From a virus (Duplodnaviria; Caudoviricetes): a stretch of 31,034 bases of DNA. The first letter of the stretch is position 1. Every line of letters begins with the position of its first letter. The translations under genes were made by a program, and so were the position numbers. The notes under the pieces were generated by a model, which worked only from the letters and a program-made list of their open reading frames with translations, was not told the DNA's origin and did no database searches. The stretch spans positions 1 to 31,034 of IMG/VR virus record IMGVR_UViG_3300027980_000082. One strand, 5' to 3'. Shown in pieces: positions 1 to 9,096 of the stretch.

Positions 1-49
1 GTATGTTGCGAATTCCGTTTTGTCTCTTTTTGACATATTTTTGAAATTT

Positions 50-132
50 TGTAGTACGTTTTGTAGTACTACATTTAAAAAAACACTACAGAATGAGCAA
101 AAAATACTACAGATGTTTTAAATAATACTACA
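50..132. repeat. ACTACA/TGTAGT iterated motif upstream of terS; candidate cosB-like terminase binding region
   Basis: TGTAGTA 50-56, palindrome TGTAGTACTACA 62-73, ACTACA at 85, 106 and 127 (21-bp spacing), directly before the terS ATG. Confidence 0.6.
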
Positions 133-139
133 ACCAGAA

Positions 140-718
140 ATGGCGATATATACAATTAGACAATTTGCAGATGAGATTGGGAAAGAACCAAAACATGTTC
201 ATTCGTACATTGCCAGAAAGAAATTGATAAAGAATGGTGATAAGAAAATTGATACCTCAGAATTAATTAATGATGCATTCTTAAAAAAGTATTCTCAAAA
301 GCTTGCTGCAAAAACTATTCTTAAACATGAGACACCGATTAATAGTGATGAAAGTGATGAAAAAGAAATCCCAAAACTAAAAGACACAAATGAATATTCA
401 CAGCTTGAATTACAAGAAAAGCAACTTCGGATTGAAAAGCTAAGACGTGAAGTTGATTTGAAGAATGAAGAATTAAGGAAAAAGAAAGGTGAAAGCATTG
501 ATTTGAATCCAGCTTTAACAATTGTTAAAACGTATTCTGTTAAACTGAAGAAGGAATTAGCAAATGGTGTTCAAATCTTAATTCAGGATATTTGCGCAAG
601 GGAAGGTGTTGATCCAGGAAGGGCAGGTGAATACAAGCTAAAAGTGAATGATATTATTAATTCAAGCAATAAGACCAGTATTGAAGAACTGTTAAAACAA
701 TTTACAGATGGAACTTAA
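140..718 (+). CDS. terS: Terminase small subunit (Nu1-like)
   Basis: N-terminal wHTH-like segment (YTIRQFADEIGK), central coiled coil (LELQEKQLRIEKLRREVDL...KKKGE), upstream of GpA-type TerL. Confidence 0.75.
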   Translation: MAIYTIRQFADEIGKEPKHVHSYIARKKLIKNGDKKIDTSELINDAFLKKYSQKLAAKTILKHETPINSDESDEKEIPKLKDTNEYSQLELQEKQLRIEKLRREVDLKNEELRKKKGESIDLNPALTIVKTYSVKLKKELANGVQILIQDICAREGVDPGRAGEYKLKVNDIINSSNKTSIEELLKQFTDGT

Positions 719-1181
719 TGATTTTGAAAAAGGATATTTAACATCGATAACGGAAAACGCTGTTTTTAGTATTACCAGAAATAAAGCATCTGGAAATTCT
801 ATCAAAAAAAGATACACGTATGATCCGATTATTCATTATAATTTTAAAGATGAATTAACTTTGATAAAAACTAGTGACTGTTTAAAGAAAATAAACATTT
901 CACATTCTATTAAAAAAATATTAAATAAAAAAAGAATGCACTTTGAATATAGAATTGATATTGGAGGCATCTATAATGTGCATGGTTTAATTGAATATCT
1001 TGAAGTAATAGAAAATTTACAACGGCCAAATATTGTTTATAGATATACTAAGCTTAGAATAGAAAAATTAAAAATCAGTAAAAAAGCTAGATATGACATG
1101 CGTGAAATTGAATTGTACAATGAGCTTTTTAAAATAAACAATCCATTTTCTAATATTGAAAGAATTGAATGTAATGGATAG
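708..1181 (+). CDS. Single-motif LAGLIDADG homing endonuclease-like protein, probably degenerate
   Basis: EKGYLTSITENAVFSI resembles the EKAYLAGIIDGEGSISI helix; C-terminal RYDMREIELYNELFKIN is typical of the family; very AT-rich; overlaps terS and terL ends. Confidence 0.55.
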   Translation: MELNDFEKGYLTSITENAVFSITRNKASGNSIKKRYTYDPIIHYNFKDELTLIKTSDCLKKINISHSIKKILNKKRMHFEYRIDIGGIYNVHGLIEYLEVIENLQRPNIVYRYTKLRIEKLKISKKARYDMREIELYNELFKINNPFSNIERIECNG

Positions 1182-3204
1182 TATTCAAAAATTAATAGCT
1201 GCACTTGATAATGATCTGACTTATTTAACACCGGTTGAATGGGCCGAAAAGAATAGGGTATTAACACCAGACATAACAAATTGGCCTGGACCAATGAATT
1301 ATTCAAGAACACCATACCTGAAAGAAATTGCTAATTCCATCATGCCAAATGATAGTGGGCAAATATTTGCAGTAATGAAAGGAAGTCAGATTGGTTTTTC
1401 TATTGGTGGTATTTTCACAATGATGGGTTGGGTAATTGGTGAAAGTCCTGCAAACATGTTATTCATGGTGAATAATGATGATGGATTAAAAAGAGCTATG
1501 CAGGGACCAGTAGACCAGATGATTAATAGTTCAGGCATTGCTAATTTGATCCGGGCAACAAATACAAGGGGAGGCAGGAACCAAAAGACAGGTGATACAA
1601 CAAAGGGTAAAACATTTCCAAATGGTAATTTGTACACATGGTCAGGACAGGCAATTGGATCATTATCACAGATATCAGTTAAATATGGGTTTTATGATGA
1701 GCTTGAAAGATATCCTGTTGCAGATAAAAAGGCCGGTAGTTTAATTTCACTGATTGAAGAACGACACAAATCATTTGCTGATACAAGAAAGCTTTATTTC
1801 ATATCTACACCTGAAATAAAACAAACATCCAACATTGAACCAATATATCTGAAAGGTGATCAACGTAAATATCATATACCATGCAGGTGTTGTGGTGAAA
1901 TGATTAATTTGGAATGGCAAATAAACGTAGATCATTTAGATAAAAAAGCAGGTGTTTGTTTTGATCGAAAACCAAACGGTGAATTAATGCCGGAAACAGT
2001 TAGGTATGTTTGTCAAAAATGTGGCGATGCATTCCATAACACACATCTATATGATTGCTATGAATCGGATTTAGGACAATGGAAACCAACAGCAAAGCCA
2101 ATAAGCTCAATTTATCGATCATATCATATCAGTGCACTATATGCGCCTGCCGGCATGTACAATTGGACTTACTACGCTCAAAAGTGGTGTGAAATACATC
2201 CAATTAATAAACCAACTGAAATTGAAGAACTAAAAACATTTATCAACCAATGTTTGGGGCAAACATGGGAATCTATTGCATCAGAAATTGAGATTAAACA
2301 ATTGATGAAAAACACACGCAATTATGATATTGATATTGTTCCAACAGCATTATCACAGGAAGATGGAAATGGTAAAATTGTACTATTGACATGTGCAGTT
2401 GATTTAAATGGAAAAGAAGATGATGCCAGGTTAGATTATGAAATTGTTGGGTGGAGCAAATCAGGATCGAGTTATTCAATTGCCCATGGAAGTATTGGAA
2501 CTTTTCAACGTTCCAAAACAGTCCGAAGTGGACAGGCAGAAAAATATGCAAAGAAAGATGAAGACCGTGTAAAATGGACTTACAGACATAATTATCCGAA
2601 CAATGTGTGGGAAGTTTACGAAAAAGAAGTAATGGTGAAGATATTCCAAACGGATGATCAAAGCAGAAAATACAGGGTTGCATTTCATGGAATAGATACA
2701 GGACACTTTACCCATCATGCATATGCGTTTGTTACAAAACATAGAAATGTAGTTGGGTTAAAAGGAAAGGTTGATAATAAATACACAAAACATGATGCAG
2801 ATAAATCATTCTTCAAAAAATCAACCACACAGGATAAATTGTATTTAGTTGAAGGTGATAGAATCAAAAGTGAATTAAATGGTCAAATTCAATTAGTTTG
2901 GAATGAAGATTTGGCAATTGATCAACCTGATGGTTTTATGAATTTCCCAAATCCTGATGGCGAAAGGTATATGTTAAAATCATACTTTAACCATTACGAA
3001 GGTGAAAAAATGGAAGCAGAAATGAATGCTGCAGGAACTTCTGTTGGTTTCCGGTGGGTAAAAAAACATTCAAGCTCTGTTAATCACTTCTTTGATTGTA
3101 GAGTTTACAATATGTGTATCAAATACATTTTTACTGAAATAGTATGCAAGTCTGCAAAGGTCCCTGTTAGTTGGGTTAACTTTATGGCGCTATTCAATAA
3201 ATAA
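1174..3204 (+). CDS. terL: Terminase large subunit, lambda GpA family
   Basis: PVEWAEKNR, RTPYLKEI, Walker A region VMKGSQIG, Walker B YGFYDE, ISTP, CxxC/CxxC zinc ribbon, C-terminal NHFFDCRVY nuclease motif; ATG at 1174 preferred over ORF-track start 1156. Confidence 0.95.
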   Translation: MDSIQKLIAALDNDLTYLTPVEWAEKNRVLTPDITNWPGPMNYSRTPYLKEIANSIMPNDSGQIFAVMKGSQIGFSIGGIFTMMGWVIGESPANMLFMVNNDDGLKRAMQGPVDQMINSSGIANLIRATNTRGGRNQKTGDTTKGKTFPNGNLYTWSGQAIGSLSQISVKYGFYDELERYPVADKKAGSLISLIEERHKSFADTRKLYFISTPEIKQTSNIEPIYLKGDQRKYHIPCRCCGEMINLEWQINVDHLDKKAGVCFDRKPNGELMPETVRYVCQKCGDAFHNTHLYDCYESDLGQWKPTAKPISSIYRSYHISALYAPAGMYNWTYYAQKWCEIHPINKPTEIEELKTFINQCLGQTWESIASEIEIKQLMKNTRNYDIDIVPTALSQEDGNGKIVLLTCAVDLNGKEDDARLDYEIVGWSKSGSSYSIAHGSIGTFQRSKTVRSGQAEKYAKKDEDRVKWTYRHNYPNNVWEVYEKEVMVKIFQTDDQSRKYRVAFHGIDTGHFTHHAYAFVTKHRNVVGLKGKVDNKYTKHDADKSFFKKSTTQDKLYLVEGDRIKSELNGQIQLVWNEDLAIDQPDGFMNFPNPDGERYMLKSYFNHYEGEKMEAEMNAAGTSVGFRWVKKHSSSVNHFFDCRVYNMCIKYIFTEIVCKSAKVPVSWVNFMALFNK

Positions 3205-3318
3205 TTGTACATTACATACTCTAAAAATGCTGTAAAGTATAAAACAAACAAAATCGTTGCTTATGAATAAACTTTAAAAGGCAGATTGTAATTCCATTAT
3301 TTTTTTCTTTAAGTATTT

Positions 3319-3344
3319 AGCCCTGATAATAATCGGGGCTTTTT
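3319..3344 (+). terminator. Rho-independent terminator after terL
   Basis: AGCCCTGAT-AATA-ATCGGGGCT hairpin followed by T-run. Confidence 0.75.
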
Positions 3345-3359
3345 GTTTATAAAATTTCA

Positions 3360-3367
3360 TAACTTTG
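3360..3367 (+). promoter_or_regulatory. Bacteroidota -7 promoter element candidate
   Basis: TAACTTTG matches TAnnTTTG, 14 nt before ATG 3382. Confidence 0.45.
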
Positions 3368-3381
3368 AAAAAAACAACACT

Positions 3382-3678
3382 ATGGCTATATACTCAACGT
3401 GTATTGAATACATTAGATGTTCCACCAATACAAACGATAAGATTAAACGAATTAATGCAGTCATTGAAGCACTGGAAGATTCAATGTTAGAAGGTGCATT
3501 AAAAGCGAATATTGAAGAATATTCATTGGATGATGGGCAAACCAAAATTAAAACTGTATTTAGAGACATTAACACAATTGAAGATTCAATTGTTGCATTA
3601 ATAAGAAGGCGAACAAGTTTAATTAATTCATGTATTGGGCATAGATACGGCTTGATGGATGGTAAAAACATAATATAA
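3382..3678 (+). CDS. Head-tail joining protein, gpW-like
   Basis: Small helix-beta-helix protein (IEEYSLDDGQTKIK) between terL and portal, as in lambda; ATG at 3382. Confidence 0.65.
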   Translation: MAIYSTCIEYIRCSTNTNDKIKRINAVIEALEDSMLEGALKANIEEYSLDDGQTKIKTVFRDINTIEDSIVALIRRRTSLINSCIGHRYGLMDGKNII

Positions 3679-5276
3679 TGGGACTACTTGAATATTTTAA
3701 TTTTCCATTTGGAAATAAAGAAAAGGATGATTGGAGCGAAAGAGCCGCCAAAGCTGCAACATACGAAAACGAAGTAAAATCACAGTATAGGAATACGGAA
3801 TATCAAATAATAGAAACAATTTTCGATGGTGAAAAAACTGAAGGTGGATTAGGTGCACCGCTTGCTTATTTACCAGATTACACCGCGTTATCATACCGAA
3901 GTTGGAAAGCATTTACTGACAGTGATTTGGCGCAAATACTTGTTAAGGCCACTGTTAATTGGGTGATTGGTTCCGGTTTAAAATTACAATCAGAACCAAA
4001 TGAAGCTGTAATTGATTCTGAAGGTTTTGATTTTAATAGGAATGAATTTACAAAACAGGTTGAAGATAGGTTTAGATTGTATGCAAGAACAAATAGTGCA
4101 TCATATTCAAATATGGATAACTACAATAAAACACAAAGGACTGCATATTTTAATGCAATTGTTGGTGGTGATGTATTGTGCATCCTTAGAGTTAAAGATG
4201 GTTTACCAAACGTTCAATTAATTGATGGTATTTTTGTTCAAACACCTGGATTTGATGAAGTAGAAGCAGCAAAAGCCAGAAATAACGAAATCATTCATGG
4301 TGTTGAAGTTAATAACAAAGGAACGCATGTTGCTTTTTACGTTCCAAAAAAAGGGGGCGGTCATACTAGAATAGAGGCATTTGGAAAAAATACAAAACGA
4401 CCAACAGCGTTTTTATTATATGGTACTGAATATAGAATTGATTCAGTTAGAGGTTTGCCATTATTATCTGCAGTATTGGAGAAAATAACAAAACTTGATC
4501 GATATAATGAAGCAGTTGTTGCTGGCGCAGAAGAATCTGCAAAGGTGCCTTGGTTTTTTGAACATAAAGAATTCTCAACAGGTTTAAATCCTGATTTAGG
4601 ACATGTTACAAACATGTTAAGTGACCCTGAAAGCCAAACATCTGAAAGTCGTGAAACTGTAGACATGACGGAACAGGGCACCATTATAAAAAAAACCTAC
4701 GAGAAACAACCGATAAACATGCCAATTGGGGCAACAATTAAGAAATTAGAAAGTGGAATGGCAAAAGATCAAGATGTCTTTACAACTGGAAATTTCATTT
4801 ATATTAGTGCAGCCTTGGAAACACCATATGAAGTTGCATTGATGAAATATGTTAATAGTTTTTCATCATCAAGAATGGCATCACAATCATATTTAACTAT
4901 CCTAAAGATTAAAAGATCATTATTTAATGATGCATATAATAATAAGTTCTTTGAATTGTTTTTGGATCTTCAAATACTAACTGACAAAATAAAGGCGGAT
5001 GGTTATTTTTCAGCAAAGAATAAGAATGATGTAATTTTATTGCAAGCTTATAGAAATGCACGTTTCACAGGTCATGGTGTACCACAGGCAGACCCAAACA
5101 GAGAGGTTAACGCAGAAGTAACAAAAATTGCAAATAATTTATCTACACATGAAGCATCAATTGAAAGATTGGATGGTAATGATTTTGACACTACAGTAAG
5201 AAAGCTTGGAAAGGAACATGAATTGATAGATGAAGTAATGCCAAAAGAAGAACAAAATACAGAGGGGGCCGATTAG
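3678..5276 (+). CDS. Portal protein, lambda family
   Basis: 532 aa; VIGSGLKLQS, IIHGVEVN..G, RIDSVRGLPLL, YVNSFSSSR and ADPNREV motifs; synteny. Confidence 0.92.
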   Translation: MGLLEYFNFPFGNKEKDDWSERAAKAATYENEVKSQYRNTEYQIIETIFDGEKTEGGLGAPLAYLPDYTALSYRSWKAFTDSDLAQILVKATVNWVIGSGLKLQSEPNEAVIDSEGFDFNRNEFTKQVEDRFRLYARTNSASYSNMDNYNKTQRTAYFNAIVGGDVLCILRVKDGLPNVQLIDGIFVQTPGFDEVEAAKARNNEIIHGVEVNNKGTHVAFYVPKKGGGHTRIEAFGKNTKRPTAFLLYGTEYRIDSVRGLPLLSAVLEKITKLDRYNEAVVAGAEESAKVPWFFEHKEFSTGLNPDLGHVTNMLSDPESQTSESRETVDMTEQGTIIKKTYEKQPINMPIGATIKKLESGMAKDQDVFTTGNFIYISAALETPYEVALMKYVNSFSSSRMASQSYLTILKIKRSLFNDAYNNKFFELFLDLQILTDKIKADGYFSAKNKNDVILLQAYRNARFTGHGVPQADPNREVNAEVTKIANNLSTHEASIERLDGNDFDTTVRKLGKEHELIDEVMPKEEQNTEGAD

Positions 5277-5288
5277 CCCCTTTTTTTT
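5263..5288 (+). terminator. Terminator at convergent portal/RHH stops
   Basis: GGGGC-CGATTA-GCCCC followed by T8. Confidence 0.6.
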
Positions 5289-5491
5289 ATCTCATTTTTT
5301 AATAAATCTAATTCATCATCATCCAATTCATCCAGGTATTGTGTGATGTTTTGCTTTTTGTATGAATTATTTTTCATTCTTAGTGCTGATTGGATCCAAT
5401 AACTTCTGGAAGCACCATCCATTTTTCTTAATTTTTCCATTTCGTTCCAAAGGTCTGTATCCATGGAAGCTGCAGTTGTTATTGTCCCCAT
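5273..5491 (-). CDS. Ribbon-helix-helix (CopG/Arc-like) DNA-binding protein
   Basis: TTAASMDTDLWNEMEKLRKMDGASRSYWIQSAL fits the beta-alpha-alpha RHH pattern; fills the portal-protease gap; has own minus-strand -7 box. Confidence 0.7.
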   Translation of the reverse strand: MGTITTAASMDTDLWNEMEKLRKMDGASRSYWIQSALRMKNNSYKKQNITQYLDELDDDELDLLKNEIKKRG

Positions 5492-5507
5492 AAAAAAAGT
5501 GTTTTAA

Positions 5508-5515
5508 CAAAGATA
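5508..5515 (-). promoter_or_regulatory. Bacteroidota -7 element for RHH gene
   Basis: Reverse complement TATCTTTG, 16 nt upstream of the RHH ATG. Confidence 0.5.
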
Positions 5516-5572
5516 ATATAAATCATTTATAACTAAAAAGATAATTCTCAACCAATAAACGCCCCTTAGACT

Positions 5573-5580
5573 TAATTTTG
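5573..5580 (+). promoter_or_regulatory. Bacteroidota -7 element for capsid/tail operon
   Basis: TAATTTTG upstream of ATG 5604, divergent from the RHH promoter. Confidence 0.45.
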
Positions 5581-5603
5581 ATACGAAATAAGAGCATAAT
5601 AAC

Positions 5604-6863
5604 ATGGATATAAAGTTAGCTAGGGAAGTTTACGGAAGTGTGTGGATGGTGGACCATTTGACGTTTACGCAGTATTCACAAATGTTAAGTTACTTTTCAA
5701 ACGGTGGTAAATTTGAAAAGCCAGAAGTTATTGGAAATGTTTTTGGAGTAATTCAACAGGACCAGGTATTTAAGGCAGGACGCATTAAAAGGATGGATGC
5801 TGTACCTGCAGGAACCATTGCCCAATACAATTTTGATTCAGTAATAACCAAAAACGGCGGCATGTCGCATAATGGTACAAAAACAATTGCTGAACAATTC
5901 ATTGAAATGGAATCAAATGAAAATGTTATTGGTCACATTTTTAAGATTGAAAGCGGTGGTGGATCTGCAAATGCTATTAAATACATTCGTGAAGTATCAG
6001 CCAAAACGAAAAGAAAAAAACCATTAGTTGTTTTTGCTGAAGATGTGATGGCAAGTGCTGCAATGTATATTGCAAGTGATGCAGATTATATTATTGCAGG
6101 TTCAAATGATGCAATGGTTGGTTCAATTGGTACAATGATACAATTGGATGGTTACAAAAGCGGAACTGAAGACAAAAATGGGAAAAGACATTTAAGAATT
6201 TACGCAAGTCAATCCATCAATAAAAATGCTGAATTTGAAAAGGCAATAAATGATTATAACTATGATCTGATAAAAGAAAAAATATTAGATCCATTGGCAT
6301 CTGAGTTTATTGCAGACATGGAGGCAAATAGGCCAAAAATCACAGCTACCCAAAAAACTGGTGCAATATTCAGAGCAGAAGAAGTTGTTGGAACATTAAT
6401 TGATGAAATCGGATCATTTTCAATTGCAATTGATAAGGTTCATGAATTAGCATCACAAACAAGTAATTCAAACAGCCCTAAAGGGGTAATTAATAATTTA
6501 AATTCTAAACAAATGGATTTAGCAAAATTAAAAGCTGAACACCCGGCAGTATATCAAGCGGCGAAAACCGAAGGTATTAACCAAGGAACAACACAGGAGC
6601 GTGAACGTGTTGAAGCATGGGCAGTTTACAATGAAGTCAATCCTGAAAAGGTTAAGGCCGGTATTGAAAGCGGAAAACCAATGTCAGCAAAAGACATGGC
6701 AGAAATGAATTTACAGATTGCTAAAGGTGGTCAGGTAGAAGCAATTGAAAAAGAAAACCCAGAAGGCACAGCAAAGCCTGTTGAAGCTAAGACTGAAGCA
6801 GAAATTAAAGCTGCAAAACAAAAAGAAGAAATGGACAACCTTTTCAAAAAGGAGGATAACTAA
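5604..6863 (+). CDS. S49 family capsid maturation protease with C-terminal scaffold (lambda gpC-like)
   Basis: IESGGGSA, MASAAMYIAS and VGSIG motifs; low-complexity linker then charged helical C-terminus. Confidence 0.9.
   Translation: MDIKLAREVYGSVWMVDHLTFTQYSQMLSYFSNGGKFEKPEVIGNVFGVIQQDQVFKAGRIKRMDAVPAGTIAQYNFDSVITKNGGMSHNGTKTIAEQFIEMESNENVIGHIFKIESGGGSANAIKYIREVSAKTKRKKPLVVFAEDVMASAAMYIASDADYIIAGSNDAMVGSIGTMIQLDGYKSGTEDKNGKRHLRIYASQSINKNAEFEKAINDYNYDLIKEKILDPLASEFIADMEANRPKITATQKTGAIFRAEEVVGTLIDEIGSFSIAIDKVHELASQTSNSNSPKGVINNLNSKQMDLAKLKAEHPAVYQAAKTEGINQGTTQERERVEAWAVYNEVNPEKVKAGIESGKPMSAKDMAEMNLQIAKGGQVEAIEKENPEGTAKPVEAKTEAEIKAAKQKEEMDNLFKKEDN
6513..6863 (+). CDS. Nested in-frame scaffolding protein (Nu3-like)
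   Basis: In-frame ATG (MDLAKLKAEHPAVY) preceded by an A/T-rich initiation region AATAATTTAAATTCTAAACAA inside the protease gene. Confidence 0.6.
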   Translation: MDLAKLKAEHPAVYQAAKTEGINQGTTQERERVEAWAVYNEVNPEKVKAGIESGKPMSAKDMAEMNLQIAKGGQVEAIEKENPEGTAKPVEAKTEAEIKAAKQKEEMDNLFKKEDN

Positions 6864-7330
6864 TGAAAAGAGAAGTTACATTAAGGGATGAAACCCGAAA
6901 TCAAGCAACGTTTGACTATTTGTTGAAAAAGTTGCTGTTAGGCAAGTATACCACGCGACGCATTGATTATGCAAACATATCAGGAGCATTAGAAACTGTT
7001 GTGTCAGGCACTGTGATGGGTAGAGTTGACACCACACAAAAACTGGTTCCTATGGTTTCAACAGCAACAGATGGTTCACAAGAGCCAGTTGCAATATTAC
7101 TTGATGAATTAACTGATATTGGCATTGCAGCAACTGTTGATCAGGTGTTGGTTTGTGATGGTGGTGAGCTTGATAAGGCAAATATTGTTTTTCAAAATGG
7201 TACTGATACACTTGACACTGTAATTACAGCAACTTCTGGTGCTAAAAAAACAGTGGCGGACTTTCTAATTCAAAATGGTAATAGTTTTGAATTTCTTACA
7301 GTTAATGATGCATCTGAATTTGACAACTAA
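6863..7330 (+). CDS. Head decoration protein (gpD-like)
   Basis: GTVMGRV...TDGSQEPVAIL motif; between protease and major capsid. Confidence 0.85.
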   Translation: MKREVTLRDETRNQATFDYLLKKLLLGKYTTRRIDYANISGALETVVSGTVMGRVDTTQKLVPMVSTATDGSQEPVAILLDELTDIGIAATVDQVLVCDGGELDKANIVFQNGTDTLDTVITATSGAKKTVADFLIQNGNSFEFLTVNDASEFDN

Positions 7331-7341
7331 TAATTTATAAA

Positions 7342-8427
7342 ATGAGTATATTCGATTTAACTTATGCATTTCAAGAATTCTCATCGAGAGTTGTTCAAAT
7401 GGTAGATATTAAACCCAAAGTTGATGTGGGTTTTTTAAACTTTTTCGGCCAACGAGTTGAAAAAACGAAAGGGTTTAACTTCTTTGTAAGAAGGCAAAAC
7501 CGAGATGTTGCTGTTGATATTAATCCTTACGAAAGAGGAAATATCAATTCTTTAAATAAAAGCACCAATAAGTTCTTCATTCCACCAACATATGATGAGA
7601 GCGTTGTTTATTCTGCATTTGATGAATTCAACACAATCATGGGTGCCACGGATAGCCGTGTTGACGGCGAAATTTATAGGCAATTAGTTGAAAAAACGGC
7701 TGCAGAAATGCAATTGTCATTAGATAAAATTGCCAGGCGAGAAGAATTGCAGCGTTCACAAGCTTTATTAGATGGCATTGTTACATTAAAAAATGGTGAC
7801 AATATTGTATTTAATCGTAAGGCAGCTTTATTGGTAGCTTACAATGCATCATTTGGATGGGATGTTGAAACAGTTAATCCTGAAGCAATATTGATAACTT
7901 TGATTGAAAACATGATTAAAGAAGGATCTATTGATGCAACAACACCATTAAATGTAATTGTTGGTTCTGAAGCGTGGTCTGCATTTAAAACAAATCCGAT
8001 AAGACAGAAAGAAGGTGATATCAAAGATCAAACCTTTATGTCATTATCAACTGGTGCCACAATGAGAGGATTAACACCACAGGGTTCTTATGCGGCTGGT
8101 AACTATCGTGTTAATTTTTGGGGTTATACTGGATATTTTGATGATCCTGATAATTCAGGCTTAACAACTCCATACATGCACCCAAAAAAGATTGTTGTAT
8201 TACCAAATACTGTTCCTTTTGAAATGGTTTATTGTGGAACAAAAGGGTGGTCTGATGGTGATGGTTTAACAAAAAATGCAAGACCAAGAATTATCAAGGG
8301 CGCACGTAATTTCTATAAGGTTAGAAATATACGTGAAGTTTCTGAAGAAATGGGTGTTAGGTCTGCAGTTGTTGCATCACTAAGAGAAGTTGACAGTGTT
8401 GGAACAGCACAAGTTGTTGAATCTTAA
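7342..8427 (+). CDS. Major capsid protein (lambda gpE family)
   Basis: 361 aa; IARREELQRSQALLDG motif; synteny. Confidence 0.9.
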   Translation: MSIFDLTYAFQEFSSRVVQMVDIKPKVDVGFLNFFGQRVEKTKGFNFFVRRQNRDVAVDINPYERGNINSLNKSTNKFFIPPTYDESVVYSAFDEFNTIMGATDSRVDGEIYRQLVEKTAAEMQLSLDKIARREELQRSQALLDGIVTLKNGDNIVFNRKAALLVAYNASFGWDVETVNPEAILITLIENMIKEGSIDATTPLNVIVGSEAWSAFKTNPIRQKEGDIKDQTFMSLSTGATMRGLTPQGSYAAGNYRVNFWGYTGYFDDPDNSGLTTPYMHPKKIVVLPNTVPFEMVYCGTKGWSDGDGLTKNARPRIIKGARNFYKVRNIREVSEEMGVRSAVVASLREVDSVGTAQVVES

Positions 8428-8437
8428 AAATTGAACT

Positions 8438-8731
8438 ATGAAAAAAGGCATAGTAATCGCATTAACATTAAGTCATAAAAACGGAAATAATATTTTACGT
8501 GATGGCGATAAGGTCACAGAAAATGATGTTGTAAATTTTGATCATCTTGTTAAGAAAGGTTTTATTGAGGTAGAAGGCAAACCATCAGATTCTGATGATG
8601 ATGTTCCAAACATGACTTGGCTCAAAGATGATTTGAAGGCTAAATGCGATGAGCTTAAAATCACATATGAATCTTCTGATAATAAAGAAGATTTATTGGA
8701 AAAGATTGAATGTGTTTTAAATCCTGAATAA
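8438..8731 (+). CDS. Small post-capsid protein with C-terminal HeH/LEM-like domain (FI-position)
   Basis: WLKDDLKAKCDELKITYESSDNKEDLLEKI helix-extension-helix pattern. Confidence 0.55.
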   Translation: MKKGIVIALTLSHKNGNNILRDGDKVTENDVVNFDHLVKKGFIEVEGKPSDSDDDVPNMTWLKDDLKAKCDELKITYESSDNKEDLLEKIECVLNPE

Positions 8732-9096
8732 TGGGATCAATCAAAGATTTGGCAATAGCTAATGCAAGGGAAATACTTAATGGTGGGTTCAGTGATGAGC
8801 TCACCATTAAGCCAAAAAACTTGGATCCTGTAACAATTAACGGATTAACCACAAGGCATAGCCAAGGATTTGACTCTGAAGGATTACCAACAATTGGTGA
8901 TAATGCACACTGTTCTTTTTCAGAAAAAGATTTAAACGACTTAGGCATTACAACAAGGGATGCAAAAGGTAATTTGAATATTAAAGATTGGAAAGTTTCA
9001 TTTCCTGATGCAATTTCAGTTAGTGATTATAGGATAAGTGAAACAATGCCTGATAATACATTAGGTTTAATTAGGGTAATACTTTCGATTATATGA
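8731..9096 (+). CDS. Putative head-tail connector/closure protein
   Basis: Beta-rich 121 aa protein in the neck position. Confidence 0.5.
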   Translation: MGSIKDLAIANAREILNGGFSDELTIKPKNLDPVTINGLTTRHSQGFDSEGLPTIGDNAHCSFSEKDLNDLGITTRDAKGNLNIKDWKVSFPDAISVSDYRISETMPDNTLGLIRVILSII

